Shown: positions 1 through 9,515 of the stretch, in pieces
Layout: each line of letters opens with the position of its first letter
Position numbering within the stretch: the stretch's first letter is position 1
Source of the DNA: Polyangium sp.
Lineage (GTDB): Bacteria; Myxococcota_A; Polyangia; Polyangiales; Polyangiaceae
Assembly: GCA_044221885.1 (NCBI GenBank)
Contig: JBGAOI010000001.1
Span: forward strand, 6,596 to 70,595
Reading direction: 5' to 3'
DNA: 64,000 nt
Made by a program: the position numbers and the translations under genes
The notes under the pieces: model-generated
The model's database searches: none
Told to the model about the DNA's origin: nothing
What the model saw: only the letters and a program-made list of their open reading frames with translations

Positions 1-8
1 CAGCGCGA

Positions 9-803
9 TTGACCCAAATCGAAGGTCAAGGCGCCGAATTATTCTCGAACGTGAAGATTGCAGAACAACATGTGGCGACTCTCGAACTTGCTTTGCGAAC
101 GTCCGAAGATGCTGCCCGAACACCGTCCACGGGATTGCGGATTCTTGCACCGGCGCGACCGGCGGATACACCTGTCAAATCCCCGCGGCGTGTCATCACG
201 ATTCTTGGGCCTTTGGTGGGCTCCGTTTTCGTGATCATCGTCGCCTTATTGGGGGAGTTGCGTGGATTTCGAATTCATACGGCAGCCGAACTGGCATTTT
301 GGTCTCGAGGTCCCATATTGGCGGCTTCTCGATGGCCGAATGAACCCCAGGCGCTACACGACCTCATTGCGGAGTTGGCCATACCATTACACCAATCCGA
401 AGGGAAAACCCTGCTCGTGGGCCTCGGAGCCACCGAAATCGCGTCCGTGCACCTTTTGGCATTTGGGCTCCACGAAATGCTCGAACGCGGCCGCGTATCG
501 AGCATTGAACGAATGCATTCGATCGAGGCTCGGTCTACCGCAGACAATCGTACAGAATTACGCAAGGCTTTGCAACACGCCGACCGCATCATCGTTTTGG
601 TTTTGGCCGGAATGCATTCGGCAACGGAATTGCACCGATTCGCACATGACATCGAAGAATCGGGCCGCATTGCACTCGTGCTCCTGAATTTGCGCTCAGA
701 TCACGCCGGTCTACGCGATCGAATCGGTTGTGCAAATTCGTTTTGGTGTGCTGGAGCCGCGAAAAACGAAGTGAACTCAATAACTGACCAGAGAACGTTA
801 TGA
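9..803 (+). CDS. C-terminal part of a Wzc/GumC-like polysaccharide co-polymerase (chain-length determinant), truncated by the window edge
   Basis: Coiled-coil end, 'RILAPARP' linker, TM helix (ITILGPLVGSVFVIIVALL), 'RIHTAAEL' motif and a degenerate kinase-like tail; adjacent to a WecB glycosyltransferase. Confidence 0.6.
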   Translation: MTQIEGQGAELFSNVKIAEQHVATLELALRTSEDAARTPSTGLRILAPARPADTPVKSPRRVITILGPLVGSVFVIIVALLGELRGFRIHTAAELAFWSRGPILAASRWPNEPQALHDLIAELAIPLHQSEGKTLLVGLGATEIASVHLLAFGLHEMLERGRVSSIERMHSIEARSTADNRTELRKALQHADRIIVLVLAGMHSATELHRFAHDIEESGRIALVLLNLRSDHAGLRDRIGCANSFWCAGAAKNEVNSITDQRTL

Positions 804-1594
804 CAAACTCACCTCAGAACCCAATTCTCAAGCGCGATCATTCTCGCGTCATAGAACTCCTGGGCATTCGCGTCGTGGATGCGACGCACGAGAGCGCACT
901 GAAGCTGATGGAGCGATGGATCATCGACCCCGTTCGAAAAACGCGCCGCTTGTACATCGTCAATACGCATACCTTGAACTTGGCCGCCGATGATCCGACG
1001 ATCAAAGCCATGGTCAATTCGGCAGACACCATTTTTGGGGACGGAACGGGTGTTCGTTGGGCAGCTCGTTTGCAGGGCATTACCATTCTGGACAATCTTG
1101 CCGGAACGGACCTCATTCCGCAATTCATGGAATCGACCGCAGGTCGCGGATATCGGTATTACATGCTCGGCGCCGACGCCACGACCATCGAACGAGCTGC
1201 GCAATTTGCACTTCAACAATTTCCAGGGTGGGAACAAGTTGGATTTCATTCGGGATATCTGACGCCGGAAACGACGCAGCGCATACTGGATGAAATTCGC
1301 GGCAAACGTCCCGATATGCTCCTTGTCGGGATGGGACAACCGATGCAAGAACAATTTTTGTTCGACCATCGCGACACCTTGTCCGTGCCTCTTTGCATCG
1401 GGGTTGGAGGGCTATTCGATCATTGGGGCGGGAACTTGCGTCGGGCTGCTCCATGGGTAAGGCAAATTGGATTCGAATGGTTGCAACTTCTCATGCAGCA
1501 GCCCCGCAAAGTCCGCCGTTATCTCATTGGCAATCCCAAGTTCCTCGGACGGATCGCTTATGAATTCATTCGCGAAGCGAGAGCCCATGGTTAG
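800..1594 (+). CDS. WecB/TagA/CpsF family glycosyltransferase
   Basis: Motifs VNTH, DGTGV, GTDL, VGMGQPMQE, GVGGLFD, EWLQLL..P.K..RY. Confidence 0.92.
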   Translation: MTNSPQNPILKRDHSRVIELLGIRVVDATHESALKLMERWIIDPVRKTRRLYIVNTHTLNLAADDPTIKAMVNSADTIFGDGTGVRWAARLQGITILDNLAGTDLIPQFMESTAGRGYRYYMLGADATTIERAAQFALQQFPGWEQVGFHSGYLTPETTQRILDEIRGKRPDMLLVGMGQPMQEQFLFDHRDTLSVPLCIGVGGLFDHWGGNLRRAAPWVRQIGFEWLQLLMQQPRKVRRYLIGNPKFLGRIAYEFIREARAHG

Positions 1595-2180
1595 CTTCGG
1601 GAATATTCGGTGGGTCGCGAAAAAATTCGGACGGCTTGGATTGGCATCGGCAGCTTCTTTGCTTGGCACGCCAAACCTATTCAAACCGCGTGTCCATGTT
1701 CTGACGTACCATCGATTCGGCACCGCAACGCGTGACGCGTTTTGTGTTCCACGTCAAACGTTTGCCCAACAAATGCATTGGATAGCTGCGCAAAACTTGG
1801 CTATCTCGCTCGTCGACGTTCAAACGTGGGCCATGGGCACGTCCACGGTTCGCGACGGTGCCGTGCTCGTGACCATCGACGACGCCTGTTCAAGCGTATT
1901 GACCGATGCATTGCCCATTTTGCGCGACTTCGCGATTCCGGCCGTCGTTTACGCCCCCGCCGCATTCGGCACGCGCGGTCACCATAACGACAATACACGG
2001 GCTATTTTGCGCGATGCCGGATATGAAACGGGTTTTACCTCGCACCACGGCGCAGTTCGCGCAGGCCTTGATCCATTAGCGCTTCCCCGAGTCAAGGTGG
2101 AAAGCGGCGACTTCGATTGGATGTTTCGACGAATTTGTATGGGAGCAATGAACGGGTGGGCAGTTGTGGACGCAATGTAA
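1587..2180 (+). pseudogene. Polysaccharide deacetylase (NodB/CE4) with an apparent in-frame internal deletion
   Basis: ATG at 1587 overlaps the upstream stop. Has VLTYHRF, VTIDDA and LPRV, but PAVVYAPAA joins directly to FGTRG, so the H(S/T)xxH metal motif and AYP segment are absent. Confidence 0.6.
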
Positions 2181-2211
2181 TGGTTCTTCAATTGACGCCC
2201 AGGATGTGCAT

Positions 2212-3807
2212 TCACGGCGCATCGGGGTACGTAGTCGGAGTCTCCCCCGCGTTACGCGTGCGCCGACGGGGCCAATTCCCTTTCAGGATTCCTGCAAGAA
2301 AAACCTGTTCCTCTGTGCTCAACGCGAATCGCCATGTTCCAAGGCTAGATGCGATCATAGCCACAATGGCGACCCCTACCGCCGCAAGTAGCTGCGTCAT
2401 GTAGCCGGTGACAAAGACGTAGCGCCATGCCAAACCCACGACAACGAGCGGTACCGCTGCTTTCCATGCGGGAAGAATGGTCTCACGCGCAAGTCGAAAC
2501 GGCGTCAATCCAATCTCTCGTGCCATCCAGGGCCAGAAAATGCCCCAACCGAAAACGAGCGCGGGTAAAAGCGATCCCAATGCAGCTCCTAACGGGCTAT
2601 CAAGCCATTTCAGGAGAATGACGCTCGTAACGACATTGACCAGAGCCTCGGCCCCGAGCAAGCGAATCAGTGGCGCCTCATGACCACACATCAAAAAAAT
2701 ACTCTTGCCGATTCCGTGCGTAAGAATCGTCGAATAGGTAAAGCACAACAGAATTCGTGCCAAAACAACGATATCGTTGTCCGAAGCACGTCCACGCGCG
2801 AGAAACTCGAGGAGTGATTCCAAAAAAAAGTGGCTGAGGCAGAAGATGGGCGTCGCAATCAATGCGTTGATACGAATACCGCGCAGGAACAACACTTGCC
2901 AATGAGATCGTTCGCCCATACTGTGGACACTTGCCGCGGCGGGGCCCAATGCTTCAGGCAACTGCCGCGCAAACGTCGAAAACAGTTCCGGGATTTTGGC
3001 TCCAATATGGTACGTCGCAACAGACGCGACCGACAATACAGCGCCCACCAGAAATCGATCTGCTTGGATGACGACAATCCCTGCAAATGCGGCCAGATAG
3101 GCCATTGCCGAAAATCCAGAAAGGCTACGCAACACCCGCCACGAAACGAATCGCCATCGCACACGCACCTCGGGCATTACGCGAAGGGCCGAAAATGCGA
3201 GCGCCAAGCCAATGGCAATCAGACAGATGAATTGGGCACCAAAAATTGCGGGCAATCCCCAGTGCCACCGCAATGAGCATACCAGCAGGAAAAACGATAC
3301 GATTCCGCCCAGCATGGTCATACGCTCGGCAATGGCAATGCGTTGTTGTCCACAATGAACTTCGCGAAACATTTCCAAAGGAAACATGATGGACATTCCG
3401 ATCACGAAAACGTAGACAGTCGTCCGAAATCCGTCCATGTGTTCGGGCGATGTGCCGACGAACTTCAGCAATTCGTCGGCGGCGAAAAGACCGATTCCAA
3501 TCGTGACGATTGCGCGAAAACAACTGACGAAAAACACCGTCGAGAGAACGCGGCCCAACAAGTCGAAGTCTTTCGATTGCAGCAGCTCCGCCGTGCGCTT
3601 TTTGACAGCTACGCCCAGACCCAAATCGAATAGAACTCCATACCCCAAAAAACTCCACATCAAACTGTAGAAACCAAGCTCCTCGATGGACAAACTCGTG
3701 CACAAAAGCCGAAATGAAACCACCCCGATCAACAAACGGAGCAGATTTCGTGTATAACCCGAAGCCGAATTGCTCCAAAGGCGGCGGCCAACATTTTCTT
3801 GCGTCAC
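2212..3807 (-). CDS. Wzx/MATE-like oligosaccharide flippase
   Basis: About 12-14 hydrophobic segments with LFDLGLG and QADRFLVG motifs; GTG start at 3807 preceded by GGAGG. Confidence 0.85.
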   Translation of the reverse strand: MTQENVGRRLWSNSASGYTRNLLRLLIGVVSFRLLCTSLSIEELGFYSLMWSFLGYGVLFDLGLGVAVKKRTAELLQSKDFDLLGRVLSTVFFVSCFRAIVTIGIGLFAADELLKFVGTSPEHMDGFRTTVYVFVIGMSIMFPLEMFREVHCGQQRIAIAERMTMLGGIVSFFLLVCSLRWHWGLPAIFGAQFICLIAIGLALAFSALRVMPEVRVRWRFVSWRVLRSLSGFSAMAYLAAFAGIVVIQADRFLVGAVLSVASVATYHIGAKIPELFSTFARQLPEALGPAAASVHSMGERSHWQVLFLRGIRINALIATPIFCLSHFFLESLLEFLARGRASDNDIVVLARILLCFTYSTILTHGIGKSIFLMCGHEAPLIRLLGAEALVNVVTSVILLKWLDSPLGAALGSLLPALVFGWGIFWPWMAREIGLTPFRLARETILPAWKAAVPLVVVGLAWRYVFVTGYMTQLLAAVGVAIVAMIASSLGTWRFALSTEEQVFLAGILKGNWPRRRTRNAGETPTTYPDAP

Positions 3808-4166
3808 ACCAACCTCCGTACGCAGCACTTCATGAGCCACGAGATGGCAAATGGCGCAGGCGATAACATTTCGAGTCATCGCGCAGAATTGCCGAATGAC
3901 TGCTCCGAGCGTGACTGGAACCAGATCCAATGCAATGACTATTTTCAGCATTTTTGGATTACAATGGAGACGAACACGCCTACGAATTGCAAAACGAGCG
4001 GATTCGTCGTTTATGCGGAATCATTGACGATTTTATGCTATTCACCGCAACTCACCGCGCCATTCGCTTCGCGGGCGCGACGTTGCATAACTGTGAAATC
4101 GTCTGCGCAGCGCGATTTTTTCCGCCCCCATTGACGGCAGCCGAGCCGGCGTATAGACAAGAATGC

Positions 4167-4610
4167 ATGCGCAAAAAATCGTATACTTCCAGCGTCAAAA
4201 TAGGGGTTCCGATTCTTGCCGTTTTGGGCATCGGATTCATCACGACAGGAAAGGCCGCCGGAGAATCGACAGATGACGGCATGCCCGCGGGCATGGTCGC
4301 GTACGTTTCGGGAGGAACGTGTCCGGCTGGTTGGATTCCCGCAAGCAATGTCGAAGGGAGAATCGTGGTCGCTGTTGCGGATGGAAAAGATGTCGGTGTG
4401 CAAGTGGGTATGCCGCTCGCGGATCAAGAGGATCGCGAGCATACGCATGCATACAAGGGGAATCTTGCATTGCCCGCGAAATCCATCGCCGCCGCGGATG
4501 GCGCTAATGTCGAAGGCGCCCAAGCGCAACCTTATGAACTTTCGGGAAATACCCAGTCGAGTCCTTCTGGTCTCGCCTTCGTGCAGGTGACGGCATGCGT
4601 AAAACAATGA
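4167..4610 (+). CDS. Secreted protein with one tail-collar/tail-fibre-tip-like module
   Basis: Signal peptide; PAGMVAYV..TCPAGW....EGRIVV and HTH (HxH) motif. Confidence 0.6.
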   Translation: MRKKSYTSSVKIGVPILAVLGIGFITTGKAAGESTDDGMPAGMVAYVSGGTCPAGWIPASNVEGRIVVAVADGKDVGVQVGMPLADQEDREHTHAYKGNLALPAKSIAAADGANVEGAQAQPYELSGNTQSSPSGLAFVQVTACVKQ

Positions 4611-5473
4611 TATTTTCTTTATGGTGCGTCTTGGCCATACTTGTTGCAGCCTGCGCAACCGGTGGCACCATTGGCAACGATCCTGTTGGCAATGGTGCCA
4701 ATGGCGGCAATGGCGGCAATGGCACGGGAAACAACGGCAATGGCGGTGGCGGCGGAAGCACGACTTCGCGAACCGACGCGATTCCGCAAAATGGAATCGG
4801 ATTTTTCCAAGTACCCGCGTGCCCCGCGGGCTGGGAACCATTCAAAGCGGCCTCGGGACGAGCTATTTTGCCAACGATTGGCGCAATGCCCGGCGGCGCA
4901 ACCGTGGGTGAGCCTCTTGGCAGCGGCGAAGAGCGCATGCATACGCATTCGGTCAAAGCGTCTTTCGATTTGATCGACATCTCGTACGCGGGCATCGCCA
5001 GTGGTGGCAATACCGGCGTGGCCAAAGCTGGCGCCATTTCATTCATGACGACCTCCAATCCTGCTTCGACGGGAGTGCCTTATGTGCAGCTTCTCGCGTG
5101 TAAAAAAGTGGCGGCTCCCGAAGCCGGCGTAAAACCATTGCCGACAGGAATGCAGCTTTTCTTCGACACCGCTGATTGTCCCAGCGGCTGGAAGCAAACG
5201 GCCGCAACACAGGGCCGCTTCATCGTTGGTTTACCAAAAGGCGCGCCCGCGGATGTTGCTTTTGGCGGCGAACCCCTTGCCAGCGCAATGCCACGCGTGC
5301 ATACGCATACCACAGACGTATCCATGACGACGATACCTCACGGCATAGCATTGGCTGCCGGATGTTGCGGTTCGGGTTATGCTAAAAACGCGACCTACAT
5401 GAATTCGCAGGACTCGGGAGAAGGCGATGCGTCTCTTCCGTGGATCGAATTGTTACACTGCGAAAAACTCTGA
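4607..5473 (+). CDS. Lipoprotein with Gly/Asn linker and two tail-collar-like modules
   Basis: Lipobox LVAAC; two CP(A/S)GW...GR repeats, each followed by HTH; start overlaps the upstream stop (ATGA). Confidence 0.65.
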   Translation: MIFSLWCVLAILVAACATGGTIGNDPVGNGANGGNGGNGTGNNGNGGGGGSTTSRTDAIPQNGIGFFQVPACPAGWEPFKAASGRAILPTIGAMPGGATVGEPLGSGEERMHTHSVKASFDLIDISYAGIASGGNTGVAKAGAISFMTTSNPASTGVPYVQLLACKKVAAPEAGVKPLPTGMQLFFDTADCPSGWKQTAATQGRFIVGLPKGAPADVAFGGEPLASAMPRVHTHTTDVSMTTIPHGIALAAGCCGSGYAKNATYMNSQDSGEGDASLPWIELLHCEKL

Positions 5474-5586
5474 TCGACCCGCATTGACGTTACTACTGTT
5501 TCGCCCAGACGTACCCGCACCCACACGAGATCAATTCGTCATAATGGTTTGTCGGGTACGTCGCAGGCACGGATCTGAGCGCGGGC

Positions 5587-8379
5587 TCAATTCTTGTATG
5601 CGCCGCGATCCCATGCCAACCCGGCGCTCGGACGCTGCGCTTGCGTAATGTCGGTAGTCACGTTGCCATAGGGCGCCGATCCATAGACCTGTTTGCCCGT
5701 TTCGTCGGCCTGACCGCCCACCTTGATCCGGAAATCGCCCGTCGCAGCGGCTTGAAAGACGGTCGTCGCCGAAACCATCATATTGCTTGTGTCGTTGTTC
5801 GAAGGGAGATTTGGTACCGGATTGACAAGGGCATTGCTGGCGAATCCAAAAACGAGATTGTATTCGGCTGCGTCGAATGAAACGCCCGCGCCAGATCCAA
5901 GAACGACGCTCGTACCCGTGCCCGCCAGATTGAAGAGAATGTTGTTCGTGAGGCGCCATTTCATTTTGCCGACGGTCGCCGCTGTACCCCCAATGCCAGA
6001 TTCCCAACCCAAGATGGTATTGTTCGTCAAGTTTGTTTGAAAGTCGGCCCCGGACGTTCCGGACAAGAACACAACATATCCACCGCCATTCACGGTTTCC
6101 AATACGTTGTTCTTCAGCAACACACTACCAATGTCCATTGAGTTTGGACCGAAACCATTCACCGCGTTGGCTTGGCCGCCCGTCTTTCCTTGCGCGCACA
6201 TACGATTCGAATCGAGAATCAATGCCCCTCGCTGATAGCCGAATCCGACCGCTCGAAGTTGCGCCGCGTTTGTCGCGCCAACATACACATCGTTGCCCAA
6301 CATCGTCATCGTCGCTCCCACACATGAGGTCGCGTCAATCGCGCCGGATTGCATGGTTACGGCTGGGGCAAATACGGCTTCCACATAATTGCGGACGAAC
6401 GTTCCGGATTTGAGAGCATGTTGTGATTGCGCTGCCGAAATGGGGTTGGCAATCATCCGGAACCCACCCCAAACTGCCGACGCATGATCCAGCGTCAAAC
6501 GACCGTAGAATACGCTCGGGTACATTTCGGGATTCCACTGCGTGAACGCCGTATTGTATCCACCTTTGATCGTCACGCCTTTGGCTACGACAACCTGCGA
6601 GGACAAATAGGATCCTTGGGCCACGAGAATGCTATTGCCGGGACGAACCACGGCCATTGCTTTACATAAAGTGTTCCACGCCTTGGCCGGGGTCGTTCCG
6701 TCATTGTTATCGTTTCCCGTCGGCGAAACGTAATAAAGCGTGCCCGGCGTGGCAATCGTCGCTGGAATCGCCGAACTCACTGGCGGTGGGAAAACCTGTT
6801 TGCAGGTTTCAGTCAATGTAACAACAGGCGGCGTGGGAAGAGTAACGCAACTGCCCGATGCAAGAATGGCCGATTGACATGTGCCGCAATTGAGTCCCGG
6901 GCCTTCGTCGACGTCACCATCGCAATCGTTATCGACGCCATCACACGACTCGGCGGTAGGCATGACGGTTTGGGTGCACGTCAAAATGCCCGTTTGACAC
7001 ATGAGCGTGCCCACCGCGCAAGCGCCTTTTTGGCCCACGAGCGTACAAGTTGCTCCGCCGCCGGGATTGCCTTCGTCAACCATGCCATCGCAGTCGTTAT
7101 CACGCGTGTCGCATGATTCCATCATGGGAACATTGGACGGCGGGCATTCGAGTTTCCCCATTGCGCAATTCGTAAACCCGGTGGCACACTCGCCGGGTAT
7201 CCCGGTCATGCACGGATCGCCAACGCCAACGCCATGATTGTCGATTGCGCCATCGCAATCGTTATCGAGTCCATCGCAGATATCTGTTTTGGGCATGGGC
7301 GCAATGCAACTAATGGCCCCCGTAAGACACGTTGTCTTGCCCGTTGCGCATTCACCAAGCTGCCCCGTGGAGCAGGCCATGTCTCCACCCGGATTGCCAT
7401 TGTCGATCACGCCATCGCAATCATCATCGACGTTGTTGCACGCTTCGGGAAGTGGCTTTACGTTCGGTACACATTCGGGCATGCCGTTCGTACAAGTGGT
7501 TTTTCCTGGACCACATAGACCCGACAAACCCGTCATACAATCCATGCCCGCGCCCGGATTGTTTTCATCCATCATGCCGTCGCAATCGTCGTCCAAACCA
7601 TTACACAATTCGTCCGTGGGATTTCCAGGGACGCACATCGATTGCGGATTTCCAGGAACGCAATTGGGCACGGTCACTTGACACGCGCCAACCCCGCACG
7701 TCGTTTCGCCAAACCCATCATCCGATTGACCATCGCAATCGTCGTCGATGCCATTGCACATTTCGAGCGACGGTCCTACATCGTTCGTGCACGGTCCCCA
7801 TTGATTCGTATTCAAACACGTTTGCGTGCCATCTTTGCACGCGCCAACATTGCGCGTTTCAGGCGCGCCCGTATAACAAAGCTCGACCTGGCCTTTTACA
7901 CAAGGGCAACCCTCATCGATCATCCCATTGCAATTGTCGTCGATGCCGTCATTATCTCCGTCGCACAATTCCGTGGGATCCGGATTACCCGGTTTGCATT
8001 CTTGGAGCATACCGCCAACGCACGCGGGCACCGTCACTTGACAAATACCTTGCCCACACGTCAACAACGGCAAGTCATCGATCTGACCATTGCAATCGTC
8101 GTCTTTGCCGTCGCATTGCGTTTCCATGGGCAAGCAATTGCCCCCGCCGCCACCAGCACCCGCCATGCCCCCGGCGCCATTTCCCGCAGTGCCTCCAACG
8201 CCGGCACCCGCCATACCGCCTTCGCCGCCTTTGCCGCCAGCACCTCCCGCAGGACCTGCACCCGAACCGCTCGAGATTGATGGATCAAAAATAGGATCGT
8301 CGACACCAATGGCCACGTCACAACCATAAACCGCCATTGGAACAATGAAAACCAAACCCTTGACGAGTGCACGACGCAT
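5587..8379 (-). CDS. Cys-rich lipoprotein with MopE-like (putative metal-binding) repeats and a C-terminal DUF1565/parallel beta-helix domain
   Basis: Lipobox VYGC; Gly-rich linker; eight C(D/N)..D(D/N)xC(D/N)G repeats; YYVSPTGNDNNDG...AWNTL motif. Confidence 0.8.
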   Translation of the reverse strand: MRRALVKGLVFIVPMAVYGCDVAIGVDDPIFDPSISSGSGAGPAGGAGGKGGEGGMAGAGVGGTAGNGAGGMAGAGGGGGNCLPMETQCDGKDDDCNGQIDDLPLLTCGQGICQVTVPACVGGMLQECKPGNPDPTELCDGDNDGIDDNCNGMIDEGCPCVKGQVELCYTGAPETRNVGACKDGTQTCLNTNQWGPCTNDVGPSLEMCNGIDDDCDGQSDDGFGETTCGVGACQVTVPNCVPGNPQSMCVPGNPTDELCNGLDDDCDGMMDENNPGAGMDCMTGLSGLCGPGKTTCTNGMPECVPNVKPLPEACNNVDDDCDGVIDNGNPGGDMACSTGQLGECATGKTTCLTGAISCIAPMPKTDICDGLDNDCDGAIDNHGVGVGDPCMTGIPGECATGFTNCAMGKLECPPSNVPMMESCDTRDNDCDGMVDEGNPGGGATCTLVGQKGACAVGTLMCQTGILTCTQTVMPTAESCDGVDNDCDGDVDEGPGLNCGTCQSAILASGSCVTLPTPPVVTLTETCKQVFPPPVSSAIPATIATPGTLYYVSPTGNDNNDGTTPAKAWNTLCKAMAVVRPGNSILVAQGSYLSSQVVVAKGVTIKGGYNTAFTQWNPEMYPSVFYGRLTLDHASAVWGGFRMIANPISAAQSQHALKSGTFVRNYVEAVFAPAVTMQSGAIDATSCVGATMTMLGNDVYVGATNAAQLRAVGFGYQRGALILDSNRMCAQGKTGGQANAVNGFGPNSMDIGSVLLKNNVLETVNGGGYVVFLSGTSGADFQTNLTNNTILGWESGIGGTAATVGKMKWRLTNNILFNLAGTGTSVVLGSGAGVSFDAAEYNLVFGFASNALVNPVPNLPSNNDTSNMMVSATTVFQAAATGDFRIKVGGQADETGKQVYGSAPYGNVTTDITQAQRPSAGLAWDRGAYKN

Positions 8380-8399
8380 GACGCGGTACCTCTCGGGCG

Positions 8400-9503
8400 T
8401 CAAAATCGCCCGACGCAATGAAGAGAAGATGGACCCAATACAAGTGTCGCTCGCGTGGAACCGTTCTGTTTTGGAGCAAGCAAAAAAATCGTCGCTCCCG
8501 CCGCCAGCGCAACCCCACCACCCACGAAAAACCCAGTCGAAAGGTTCGCCGCATCCTGGGATTCTTGACGCAAGGGCAAACCAATTTGATCACATCGATT
8601 GGCGACGCAATGTCCACCCTCTTCACTCGCATCCCGCTTCTCGATGGCCCGATTCCCAAACACTGCCCCCGCAATGAGCGCCCCGGCGCCCACAGCACCA
8701 AGGCTCAATCCTATGATTCGTTGCGTCGAGAAAAACCCATTTTTCGTATCCGGCGGCGGACGTACTTGATCCGGCGGAGGTTTGTCTTGCACGATCGGAG
8801 GGTTCGGATTCGTTTGTGGGCCCGTATTTCCCGGTGTTTGCGGTTCAACGGGACCCGTTTTCACCGGAGGCGGCTCGTCTTCCAGCGCTTGCACAGCCAC
8901 CGAAAGCTCCGCTCCTTCCACGAGCGCGACGGTCGTGTCCCAAGCTTTTTTCCCTGGCGCAGACGCATCCACAATGTGCTCACCTCGATCCACGGGCATG
9001 CGCACACCAAATTTTGCCCGATCGACAACGATGCCGTCCACACGCACGACCGAGTCTTTCATTGCGAGAACGGACTCGGGAACGACAAGCACCATCCAGC
9101 CAAGCTTCGGTTCGATTTCCTTGATGCGCGTTTTCGCTTCATCCCCACGCTTTTGAACCTTGGATTGCTCGGTAAAACCTTTGGCCTTCTTGACGAGTTC
9201 CGGCACGTCCTCAATGACGCCCTTGTACACCGCCCATGCCTTGGACAAACGCCCTTGCGCGCGGTAACAATCGCCAAGCCCAATACGCGCCCCAAGACCC
9301 GGCTTGATCCGGACCACTTCTTCATACTTGGGACACGCCGTCGCATAATCTCCCGCCACAAATGCATCACGCGCTTCATTAAAGAGCGTGTTCACCTTCT
9401 GTTCGTCGACGGCTTCTTGGGCAAACACAGGCTCCGCCACAAGACAAACACTCGCCACAAGGGCGACTCGACCAACAGAACTCCACGTGCAGCGTTGACG
9501 CAT
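8400..9503 (-). CDS. TPR + PEGA-like domain membrane protein
   Basis: Signal peptide, helical TPR-like N-terminus (ACPKYEE..., LGDCY), PEGA-like beta region (VDG...GEHIVDASAPG), Pro-rich linker, C-terminal TM segments. Confidence 0.75.
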   Translation of the reverse strand: MRQRCTWSSVGRVALVASVCLVAEPVFAQEAVDEQKVNTLFNEARDAFVAGDYATACPKYEEVVRIKPGLGARIGLGDCYRAQGRLSKAWAVYKGVIEDVPELVKKAKGFTEQSKVQKRGDEAKTRIKEIEPKLGWMVLVVPESVLAMKDSVVRVDGIVVDRAKFGVRMPVDRGEHIVDASAPGKKAWDTTVALVEGAELSVAVQALEDEPPPVKTGPVEPQTPGNTGPQTNPNPPIVQDKPPPDQVRPPPDTKNGFFSTQRIIGLSLGAVGAGALIAGAVFGNRAIEKRDASEEGGHCVANRCDQIGLPLRQESQDAANLSTGFFVGGGVALAAGATIFLLAPKQNGSTRATLVLGPSSLHCVGRF

Positions 9504-9515
9504 GAGAAACGACTC

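Noticed and set aside
4688-4754. GGCAAT/GGCGGCAAT short tandem repeats
   Set aside because: They encode the Gly/Asn linker of the lipoprotein and are not a separate repeat element.
6900-8120. Regularly recurring CCATCGCAATCGT-like repeats that could suggest a CRISPR array
   Set aside because: These are degenerate codon-level repeats of the DxDCDG protein motif with variable spacing of about 90-190 bp; there are no cas genes.
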